31,657 bases of DNA from Promethearchaeota archaeon (GTDB lineage Archaea > Asgardarchaeota > Lokiarchaeia > Sigyniarchaeales > SOKP01): contig JBHLMP010000045.1 of NCBI GenBank assembly GCA_048938025.1, forward strand, positions 1 to 31,657, written 5' to 3'. The stretch's first letter is position 1, and each line of letters begins with the position of its first letter. Of this stretch, positions 9,558 to 17,786 are shown one piece after another. The notes beneath the pieces are model-generated. The model was not told the DNA's origin. It saw only the letters and a list, made by a program, of their open reading frames with translations, and made no database searches. The translations under genes were made by a program, and so were the position numbers.

Positions 9558-10400
9558 CTATAACTCTTTTTTAATTTCTTCAATGAAAGTAGCCTTTTTA
9601 ATCGGGCTTAATCTAATTGACCTTCTTTTCATAACAATATTCAAATTATCAATTAAGCGTTCTGTGAAGTAATTAAAATCAAAATTGAAAGAGGTTAGGG
9701 AGTAGTATTTTTTTAGAAATATGTTGATTAACTCAATCTTGTGTTTAGGGTCTGTCATTTCAAAAATTCCAGGATTAGTGTCTAATAACGCTGTACAAAT
9801 CCAGGCTAAATCATCAATATGGTTTCCTTCATAAGAATCTTCGAAATCAAATCCATATAACGTATCTGTAGTAAAATCAATAATAAAATCCTTTAATCTT
9901 GTGTCACCTTTATTTAAAACAATGATTTTTGAAGGATCTTTTTTACTAATAATATTGTTTTTATGTAATTGAGCAATCCAACTTGCTATCTTTTCAACAC
10001 TATTTATAATTCTTTTTTTAACTTCTGAGTCTAGATCATCTAAAATAACTGTATTAAGTAGATTATCATTTATCAAATCACACAGATTAGTTCCAGTTAA
10101 TTTTTCAAGTATTAGGTAAGATTTTTTGAATAGTAAGAGCTGAGGAACATTTATATCTTGGTTTTCCAATTTTTCATAAGTTTTAATCTCGTTTTCCGCA
10201 TTTTTTGTTTGGAATTTCTTTAGGATTAATTCTTTTGGAAAATTTCTTGGTTTTCTAATAAATGTTAATTCATATACCAAATTTTTTTTACTTGGCAATT
10301 GTATTAATGAAAACGTATTTAAATCTCCAGAAAAGCCTGAAATCTCATCCTTAAAATTTTTAGCGAATTTTTTTTTAATTTTTTCAATATCCATCTTCAA
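9558..10400 (-). CDS. Protein-kinase-like (APH/Bud32/RIO-like) phosphotransferase
   Basis: LILKKF (beta3 Lys), alphaC Glu, VPQL, LILEKL.G, catalytic loop KGDTRLKDF, DFE and DDLAW. Alternative ATG at 10394. Confidence 0.75.
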   Translation of the reverse strand: MKMDIEKIKKKFAKNFKDEISGFSGDLNTFSLIQLPSKKNLVYELTFIRKPRNFPKELILKKFQTKNAENEIKTYEKLENQDINVPQLLLFKKSYLILEKLTGTNLCDLINDNLLNTVILDDLDSEVKKRIINSVEKIASWIAQLHKNNIISKKDPSKIIVLNKGDTRLKDFIIDFTTDTLYGFDFEDSYEGNHIDDLAWICTALLDTNPGIFEMTDPKHKIELINIFLKKYYSLTSFNFDFNYFTERLIDNLNIVMKRRSIRLSPIKKATFIEEIKKEL

Positions 10401-10492
10401 AAAGTATACTTTTTTAATTTATCCTCAAAAATCTAAATATTTCTAGATTATTTATATTAATTTTTAAAGATAAACTCTTTTAAAATTTAGAT

Positions 10493-12064
10493 TTATAAAG
10501 AAAAAACAGGATCTAAATAATTAAGTTCATTAAACACTTCTTTTCTTTTACGACAACTACTACATAATCCACAAGGTTGATCACCATCATAATAACAGCT
10601 CCATGTTAATTCAAATGGCACATTTAATTTTTTAGCTAATTTTAATACTTCACTTTTATTCATTTTTAGTAAAGGATGTAAAAATTTTATAACAGATTTG
10701 TCTTTTTGATGTTTTCCTTTATTTATAAGCATCTCGAGTGAATTGAAAAATTCTATGCTAGCATCTGGAAAATTACTTGTATCCTCAATCAAATGTCCTC
10801 CTATGATGCAATTACAACCATACACTTCCGCATAATAAGCTGCGTTAGAATAAAAAACTAAATTTCGAGCAGGAATAAAACCCTCTGGAGCATCAACTAC
10901 ACATGGTACAGGAAATCCGTCTATACGTAATTCAATAGCTTCCTTCAAATACGGGATTGGAATTTCAATTATTTCTATTCCTAATTTTTGTGCTTGCTTT
11001 AGAGCTGCTTTCCTCTCATTTTCAGGGCGATAACTGTAATTAAAAGTTATTGCAATTAGATTATACCCTTCTTGATGAGCCCAATAAAGACTTGTAGCAG
11101 AATCGATTCCTCCAGATAATAAGATTATAGCCTTTTTATCTTTCTTGTCTTCTTTAAGAGTCATTTTTTCAGTTATAGCTGCCCTAACAGCTTTATTAAT
11201 ATCTGATAGACTAAATCCTAATGCTTTTGCTGTTAAATTTCCATCAGAGGTAATATCGCTCTGCATAACATCGATCATTTCTTGGCATAATTCAAGTTCT
11301 TCAGCGGCTTTCTCATAAGGTATATTTTTAACTCTCGGTTGTGGGACATTGTAACCAAGTTCTACCAGGTTTTCATATACCAAGGATACTAATCTAAGCA
11401 TATTAATGATTTCAGGTCCAACAAGATCATAAATCTGGTTGTTTTCTCCAACACCGTTTGCAGCAGCTAAAAAAGCTTTAGTAGCATCTTCTACAAATAT
11501 TGGTTGCATAGGAACTTTACCATCACCAACAATTAATACAATCCCATCAACAATCTGTTCTATCATTTCTGGAATTAGCTCATCATTAGGACCTAAAATA
11601 TAAGAAGGACGAAATAATATATATGGAACATCTCCCTCTCTAATTATTTGTTCAGCAATGCCTTTAGAACGGAAATATTCATTATTTGCCCATTTTACCT
11701 TCCCATATTTATCAACACCTAAACCTGAAGGATATATAATTCTAGAAACATTAGCTTTTTTAGCAGCTTCAACAATAGCACGAACTCCCTCAATATTGAC
11801 CTCCTCAAAAAGTTTTTTAGTGCCACATACGACATTAGCGAAATGTATAACTGCCTTGCAGCTTTTGAATGCTTTCTCTAGATTATCAATATCGAAATTT
11901 TTCACTAGAAATGGTTTTGCTCCTAATTTTTCAATTTCTTTTATGACTTCTTCTCTTCTGACAATACCAATAACATCCCACCCTTGCAGAACAGCAGTCC
12001 TTATTGTATGTTGCCCTAAAAATCCATTAGCACCTGTAATTGCTAATTTCTTAGATTCGGTCAT
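10493..12064 (-). CDS. queC: Fusion of an NAD(P)-binding SDR/epimerase domain and 7-cyano-7-deazaguanine synthase QueC
   Basis: N-terminal TGANGFLG, YFRSK (YxxxK) and RPSYILG. From about aa 311: LLSGGIDS, IPARN and the Zn site WSCY...PCGLCSSC. Divergent from queD. Confidence 0.88.
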   Translation of the reverse strand: MTESKKLAITGANGFLGQHTIRTAVLQGWDVIGIVRREEVIKEIEKLGAKPFLVKNFDIDNLEKAFKSCKAVIHFANVVCGTKKLFEEVNIEGVRAIVEAAKKANVSRIIYPSGLGVDKYGKVKWANNEYFRSKGIAEQIIREGDVPYILFRPSYILGPNDELIPEMIEQIVDGIVLIVGDGKVPMQPIFVEDATKAFLAAANGVGENNQIYDLVGPEIINMLRLVSLVYENLVELGYNVPQPRVKNIPYEKAAEELELCQEMIDVMQSDITSDGNLTAKALGFSLSDINKAVRAAITEKMTLKEDKKDKKAIILLSGGIDSATSLYWAHQEGYNLIAITFNYSYRPENERKAALKQAQKLGIEIIEIPIPYLKEAIELRIDGFPVPCVVDAPEGFIPARNLVFYSNAAYYAEVYGCNCIIGGHLIEDTSNFPDASIEFFNSLEMLINKGKHQKDKSVIKFLHPLLKMNKSEVLKLAKKLNVPFELTWSCYYDGDQPCGLCSSCRKRKEVFNELNYLDPVFSL

Positions 12065-12261
12065 AATTTTTCACTATAAATTGGAAAATTTATTTCTATT
12101 TCTATTTAACTTTTATAAATTATTTAATTAGTTCAAACATATGAAGGTTCCATACTACAGTATTTTTTTATTATTTTTAAACATAAACTATAAAAACTCA
12201 AAATAGCTAGTCTTATACAAAAAAATAGAAGTAATTATGAACTAAAAGAAGGTAGCTTAAA

Positions 12262-12717
12262 ATGGGATTCAAAGTAATTTCTAAATCACCAAAAGCAAAA
12301 TTTAGTGCATGTCATTTTTTAAAAGAGCCCTTTAAATGTTCAAGACTCCATGGACATAATTATTATATTTCTGTTGAAATAAGCGATAAGTTAGGTAATA
12401 ATTATTTTGTTGTAGATTTCATTGAACTCAAAAAAAATTTAATTTCAATAGTCAAACCATTAGATCATTATCTATTAATTCCAACAGAATCAGATTATTT
12501 AAAGATCAATGAAAAAGAAGAATCTGTAGAAATTATTACTCACAATAAAAGATATGTTATTCCCCGTACTGACATTTGTTTTCTTCCTTTAAAAGCTACC
12601 ACTAGTGAACTTCTTGCAAAATACATCCATGATAAGTTAAAAGAAATATATAGTAGTAAAAAGATAGTTGTGAAAGTAGAAGAAAGTAAAGGTTCAATAG
12701 CACTTTACGAAGAGTAA
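12262..12717 (+). CDS. queD: 6-carboxy-5,6,7,8-tetrahydropterin synthase QueD
   Basis: FSACH, CSRLHGHNY, LDHY and TTSELLA motifs. Confidence 0.92.
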   Translation: MGFKVISKSPKAKFSACHFLKEPFKCSRLHGHNYYISVEISDKLGNNYFVVDFIELKKNLISIVKPLDHYLLIPTESDYLKINEKEESVEIITHNKRYVIPRTDICFLPLKATTSELLAKYIHDKLKEIYSSKKIVVKVEESKGSIALYEE

Positions 12718-12734
12718 TCTTGTTTAGAACATTT

Positions 12735-12746
12735 TGAACATGTTCA
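12735..12746. promoter_or_regulatory. Perfect 12-bp palindrome TGAACATGTTCA, candidate operator
   Basis: Lies in the intergenic region about 70 bp upstream of the DUF166 gene. Confidence 0.35.
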
Positions 12747-12814
12747 GCTAAATCAATAAATATATTATAACTTATTAAAATAATAAGTAAACATATTAAG
12801 TTTAGACTTTCAAG

Positions 12815-13705
12815 ATGGCTGAAAAAAATTACAAATTAGGAATATTCTATGGTACAACTCCCAATACAGAGATGCTAGCTCAAAAGTTTGTAGGCCATCT
12901 TATAAACGACAAAGAATTTTGTAAGGCTTGCGAAACATATGAACAAAATGTAAAATGTGACAAATGTCGAGAAAATATAAAGAGTTTTGCCAATTTAATC
13001 TATTTTTATGAAAAAGTGGGGGAAAATATACCTGACTTTATTGAAGAACCAGAACAATTTTTACCTAAAAATTTACCTAAAGTTAACTTTCTTTTAGTTA
13101 TTGGAATTCATCAAGATTTACTTTCGGGACTTCCTGAGTATCTAAAAGATAAAGAGATAAAAGCTGTAATTATTCCAATTGAAGATCCTAAATGGGTTCC
13201 TCCTGGACTTCAAGTGCAAGTTTTAGAAGAATTTGAAAAATATGGAATACAAGCTGCCTTTCCAAAACCCTTTTGTTCATTGAATAAAGAATTAGATGAA
13301 TATAACAAAATTGGATTTAATATCACTAGAAACCATAATTTTATTAAAGAGTTTATAGATTATTTTAAAGTTGGAAAACCAATTGTATCGTTGTTGTTAA
13401 GTAAAGACGGAGAGTATATTGAAGATACATGTGTACTACAATCAGCACCATGTGGTTCAACATTTTTTGTTGTCCAACAACTTAAATCTAAATATTTTAA
13501 AAATGGTAAGAGCGGAGAGTTATCCTTAAATGAAAGAATAAGTAAAGCACATCATTCCTACCCATGTAATGCTTCAATGGACCAAGATTCTATATTAAAG
13601 GATTCCATACTTCATGTTGGAGGGTATTTAGTTAGAAATGCCATTAGACGAGAGCTAACCCTTGAAGAACAAGAAGGACAAAAACTTGTGTATGTTATAA
13701 AATGA
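12815..13705 (+). CDS. DUF166-family protein, Cys-rich
   Basis: CKAC...CDKC, PKPFCSL, SAPCGST and HHSYPCNAS motifs recalled for DUF166. Confidence 0.75.
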   Translation: MAEKNYKLGIFYGTTPNTEMLAQKFVGHLINDKEFCKACETYEQNVKCDKCRENIKSFANLIYFYEKVGENIPDFIEEPEQFLPKNLPKVNFLLVIGIHQDLLSGLPEYLKDKEIKAVIIPIEDPKWVPPGLQVQVLEEFEKYGIQAAFPKPFCSLNKELDEYNKIGFNITRNHNFIKEFIDYFKVGKPIVSLLLSKDGEYIEDTCVLQSAPCGSTFFVVQQLKSKYFKNGKSGELSLNERISKAHHSYPCNASMDQDSILKDSILHVGGYLVRNAIRRELTLEEQEGQKLVYVIK

Positions 13706-13875
13706 CCTTTAATTTGATATTAGATTATAATCAGATTTTCACTTGGATATTTATTAAAAATAAAAAGGCTTTTGAAAATTTATTAATAGTGATTAAATAT
13801 AGCTTGATTCTTTTATACTCCATAAATGGTAAGTTATAATATGAGGACATCTATATATTAAACAGGTGAGTAACT

Positions 13876-16023
13876 ATTACTACTATAGAGTGTGCTTCAT
13901 CTATTTGTGAAATCGATCAAAATGAAAAAGAATCATTCTTCGAAGTAAAATTCTGGTATTTCATAATTCCTGCTGCGATATTAATTGGAATCTCTATATT
14001 TTTAGAATTCTCTTTTGAATTAGTGTTAATTTCACAACTAATCGCAATCTTCTCAATTTCTCTTTCCGGTACAGGTGTAATAAAGGAAGCAATCGAAGAT
14101 GTTAGGAAAAAAAGAATCACAGCAAATATTTTAATGCTAATTGCTGCTATTGCATCCTTTTTCATACTTCATGGTCAAGAAGGAGCAACAGCGCTATTGT
14201 TATATTCAATAGCGGAAAGATTAGAAGAAATTACAACTGGTAAATCAAGGAATGCGATTAAAGAGCTACTTGAACTTGCACCAGATGAGGCATTACTAAA
14301 AACTGAGAATGGATATAGAAATATTTCATCAAAAGAAGTTAAAATTGGAGAAACTATTGGTATCAAACCTGGAATGAAGGTACCTCTTGATGGAATTATT
14401 GTAAAAGGGAGTTCCTATTTCGATGAGAGTGCCATAACAGGCGAATCTGTTCCTGTCTTTAAAAAAGAGGGTGATGAAATCTTTGCCGCGAGTCTAAATT
14501 CAGATTCTTTTGTTGATATTGATGTTATTAGAGAAAGTTCTAATACTATTGTAGCACAGATAGCAGAAAGCATAAAAGTAGCACAACAAAATAAAAGTAA
14601 ACATGAAAAGTTTATTGAAAGGTTCGCTAAATATTATACCCCAATCATTCTTTTATTATCAATCCTCGTTATGAGTATCCCTCCTTTATTTGGATTAAGC
14701 TTTTATGATTGGTTCTATAGGGGATTAGTTCTTTTAGTAGTATCTTGTCCGTGTGCTTTAACTTTATCAACTCCATTGGCAAATATTGCTTCTTTGACTA
14801 AGATGGCAAGAGAAGGAATTCTTGTTAAAGGCAATAGATTTATTGAAAAGATTGAAGATGTCGAAGTCTTTGCTTTTGACAAAACTGGGACACTTACCGA
14901 AGGTAATTTAAAGATTTTTGATGTTTATACTTATAATAATACCAATAGATCAGAAATAATTAGTATTGTAGCCAGTTTAGAATCACTTTCTGAACATCCT
15001 ATTGCTAAAACTATAGTTAAGCAAGCAAAAGAAATGAAGTTAACTTTTCAATCCGTAGATAATTTTGAAGTGATAAAAGGTAAGGGCATAAAAGGGAGGA
15101 TTAACGGAGAATTATTCTATGTAGGGAGCCATAAATTTATTGAAGAATTAGATTATGAATTACCTATAGATGATATTAATGAAATTGAAAAATTAGGTAC
15201 GATCCCAGTTTTATTAGCCAATAAGAAGAATTTGCAAGGAATAATAACAATTAGAGATGTTTTAAGAGTTTCGGCTCCCATTCTTATAGATGGTTTAAAG
15301 AAAAGGGGTTATGAAACAGTCTTATTATCTGGTGACAACAAAAATGTATGTAATTCAATTGGAGAATGTCTGGATATAGATTATACATATGGTGAGCAAC
15401 TACCAGATCAAAAACTACAAGAAATTCAAAAATTAAAAGAAAAATATAAAGGCGTAGCTATGGTGGGGGATGGAATAAATGATGCTCCGGCATTAGCCCT
15501 TTCAGATTTAGGGATAGCTATCGGAGCTTCTGCTACAGATATCACATTGGAAACAGCAGATATAATTATAATAAATGATGATTTAAAGAAAATTCTTACA
15601 TACATAGACTTATCTAAAAAGACTAACAGAAAAATCAAACAAAATATTTGGACCTCAATACTAGTAAAAGTTTCTTTCGCAGTATTAACGGTTATTGGAC
15701 TAATGACCTTATGGTTAGCGGTGGGAATTGGCGACATGGGGGTCTCTTTATTGGTTCTACTTAACAGTATGACAATTCTTAGATATAACTTCTTATATAA
15801 AGAAGTTCTCGTTGAGGAACTGGAAAATAATGCGAAATTGATCATTTGTAAAAATTGCAATACAAAAGATATCATTCCACAACATCATGGTAGAGATATG
15901 ATTCAGAAAGGAGATAAACTAATTTGCTGGAGGAATATCCTAAGTAGCGAAGAATTGGAAATTTGTAATGAAGAATTACCACTTCACTGTCCCTATTGTC
16001 AAGAAAAGCTCAAGTTAGAGTAA
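13876..16023 (+). CDS. P1B-type heavy-metal ATPase (Zn/Cd/Pb ZntA/CadA-like) with Cys/His-rich C-terminal extension
   Basis: TGES, CPC, DKTGT, HP and GDGINDAP; TM Lys and DMG are P1B-2-like. The frame is open upstream of the ORF-track start (14023) to an ATT at 13876 following AGGTGA. Confidence 0.9.
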   Translation: MTTIECASSICEIDQNEKESFFEVKFWYFIIPAAILIGISIFLEFSFELVLISQLIAIFSISLSGTGVIKEAIEDVRKKRITANILMLIAAIASFFILHGQEGATALLLYSIAERLEEITTGKSRNAIKELLELAPDEALLKTENGYRNISSKEVKIGETIGIKPGMKVPLDGIIVKGSSYFDESAITGESVPVFKKEGDEIFAASLNSDSFVDIDVIRESSNTIVAQIAESIKVAQQNKSKHEKFIERFAKYYTPIILLLSILVMSIPPLFGLSFYDWFYRGLVLLVVSCPCALTLSTPLANIASLTKMAREGILVKGNRFIEKIEDVEVFAFDKTGTLTEGNLKIFDVYTYNNTNRSEIISIVASLESLSEHPIAKTIVKQAKEMKLTFQSVDNFEVIKGKGIKGRINGELFYVGSHKFIEELDYELPIDDINEIEKLGTIPVLLANKKNLQGIITIRDVLRVSAPILIDGLKKRGYETVLLSGDNKNVCNSIGECLDIDYTYGEQLPDQKLQEIQKLKEKYKGVAMVGDGINDAPALALSDLGIAIGASATDITLETADIIIINDDLKKILTYIDLSKKTNRKIKQNIWTSILVKVSFAVLTVIGLMTLWLAVGIGDMGVSLLVLLNSMTILRYNFLYKEVLVEELENNAKLIICKNCNTKDIIPQHHGRDMIQKGDKLICWRNILSSEELEICNEELPLHCPYCQEKLKLE
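15980..16008 (+). repeat. Direct repeat copy 1, within the ATPase 3' end
   Basis: cacttcactgtccctattgtcaagaaaag, 27/29 identical to 17502-17530. Confidence 0.9.
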
Positions 16024-16170
16024 GTCTTACCATCTTTTCTTCTTTATTATCTTGATGAAAAGTATATTACTAATAAACTGTTAATATTCGAAAAGACAGA
16101 CTTTTTTTATCCGATAAGATAAATAAATTTTAATGAAAAATTCAAATAAATTATTATTACTCGATTATTT

Positions 16171-17439
16171 ATGAAGCGAGATAAAGCAAGAAAGTATGGT
16201 CAAATAATAAAACAGAGTACAAAAATAAATAAAAAATTATTTCCTATTATTTTTATTGGGTGTATAATTATTGGTATATCAATCTGGGCTTTTTTTATGG
16301 CACAAATCCCCCCGATATTTTTACAGTTATCTCTATCAACCAATATTGATGGTGGTGCAAATGGTGATGACGGAGCTCTTGGAATGGTAATGGATGAAGA
16401 AGGTTATCTTTATGCTACAGGTTATATTACAGTACCTGGACAAGGTAAAGACATATGGTTGGCAAAATTCGATTCAGACCTTAAAATGTTAACAAATACA
16501 ACTATCAATGGAGTAGCCAATGATGATGATATTGGTTATGTCCTCGTTTTGGATGAGAATGGGTTTCTTTATTTAATTGGATTTATTTCTCAGATTGGAG
16601 AAGACCATAATATTTTTCTAGCAAAATTCAATCGTACTGATCTTTTAATGCTAAAAAACACTACAATTAATGGTCCTATAAATGGGACCGATGAGGGTTA
16701 TGGAATGCTTTATAACAATAATGATAATAGCTTATATATTGCAGGAACTATTCAAGAACCAGGTGAAGGATATAATATCTATCTTGGTAAATTTGATACA
16801 AATCTAAACCATGTTAAAAATGTTACACTTAATGGACCAGAAAATGGTACTGATAAAGGAAGATTTTTGGCTTTTGACAATACGGGCAATTTATATGTTA
16901 GTGGATCAAAATCTCAAGTAGGAACAGGGTATGATCTTTGGCTTGGTAAATTTAACACAAATTTAACGCTTTTAGATGAAATTATCATAGCAAGCCCTAC
17001 TACTGGTGAAGATAAAGGGTATGGAATTATATATGATGGGATAGGTACAATTTATTTAACTGGAACTTTAAGTCATAATACACAAGGTTATAATATTTTT
17101 CTAGCTAAGTATGATACGTCTCTCAATCAAATTCAAAACATAACTTTAAACGGTCCAGCAAATGGAGAAGATATCGCTTATTCTATATCTTTTGACGGGT
17201 CTCAATTAGTTCAAACAGGAGTTTATAGTGAAAATATTGGTGGAGCAAATATTTGGGTCGCAACTTTTAGTACAGAATTGAAACTTTTATTACATGATAC
17301 TGTAGATGGGGCTTCACATGACTATGACACTGGTTATGGTGTAATAACTACCTCAAGGATTTATATATCTGGATTTGTAAATCACCCTTCAGAAGGTACA
17401 AATATATGGATTGCACGATATGGTATAGTTATTATATGA
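16171..17439 (+). CDS. Membrane-anchored extracellular beta-propeller protein (SBBP-like repeats)
   Basis: Basic N-terminus plus one TM helix, then about 7 repeats of D.G.G...D..G.LY.TG...DIWLAKFD. Several N-x-T sequons. Confidence 0.8.
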   Translation: MKRDKARKYGQIIKQSTKINKKLFPIIFIGCIIIGISIWAFFMAQIPPIFLQLSLSTNIDGGANGDDGALGMVMDEEGYLYATGYITVPGQGKDIWLAKFDSDLKMLTNTTINGVANDDDIGYVLVLDENGFLYLIGFISQIGEDHNIFLAKFNRTDLLMLKNTTINGPINGTDEGYGMLYNNNDNSLYIAGTIQEPGEGYNIYLGKFDTNLNHVKNVTLNGPENGTDKGRFLAFDNTGNLYVSGSKSQVGTGYDLWLGKFNTNLTLLDEIIIASPTTGEDKGYGIIYDGIGTIYLTGTLSHNTQGYNIFLAKYDTSLNQIQNITLNGPANGEDIAYSISFDGSQLVQTGVYSENIGGANIWVATFSTELKLLLHDTVDGASHDYDTGYGVITTSRIYISGFVNHPSEGTNIWIARYGIVII

Positions 17440-17502
17440 GTTTATATCTCTAATATTTACAATTCTATTATCTAATAACGCCCTATCAATATTCTTCTTG
17501 TC
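17440..17502 (-). pseudogene. Relic of the 3' end of a TPR-gene homolog
   Basis: Translates DKKNIDRALLDNRIVNIRDIN versus DKNCIERALKDKRLDNIRNLK at 17876-17814; ungapped, 45/63 nt identical by hand count. Confidence 0.8.
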
Positions 17503-17545
17503 ACTTCATTGTCCATATTGTCAAGAAAAGGTAGAATTGAAATAA
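17502..17545 (+). pseudogene. Relic of the ATPase 3' end (direct repeat copy 2)
   Basis: Encodes LHCPYCQEKVELK* versus LHCPYCQEKLKLE* in the ATPase, with the stop at the same position. Confidence 0.88.
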
Positions 17546-17786
17546 TTTATTATCTAAATAAGAGGTTTTAGATGATGCAATCACATTTTTCACATTGTTT
17601 TACTAAATACATTTTTTACAAAGGGATATTTTTTCGTTAATAGCCCATCTAATTTTCGAACGCTTCATATCTGTATGATCAGTTATTTTTTCATCTATTA
17701 TTTAGTATTTTATTAATGTTTTTACCTTTAATTTTAGTTTATTTAAATTAATTTTTGTAATCTTCTTGAGAGTTATTTTTGGTATT

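Noticed and set aside
10493-12717. QueC as part of a QatABCD, type IV CBASS or Dpd defence system
   Set aside because: No qat, cyclase, TGT or dpd genes nearby; queD linkage favours preQ0 metabolism.
13867-13869. In-frame TGA upstream of the ATPase as possible selenocysteine
   Set aside because: An in-frame TAA lies at 13837-13839 with no canonical start between; the TGA fits better as part of the GGTGA ribosome-binding site.
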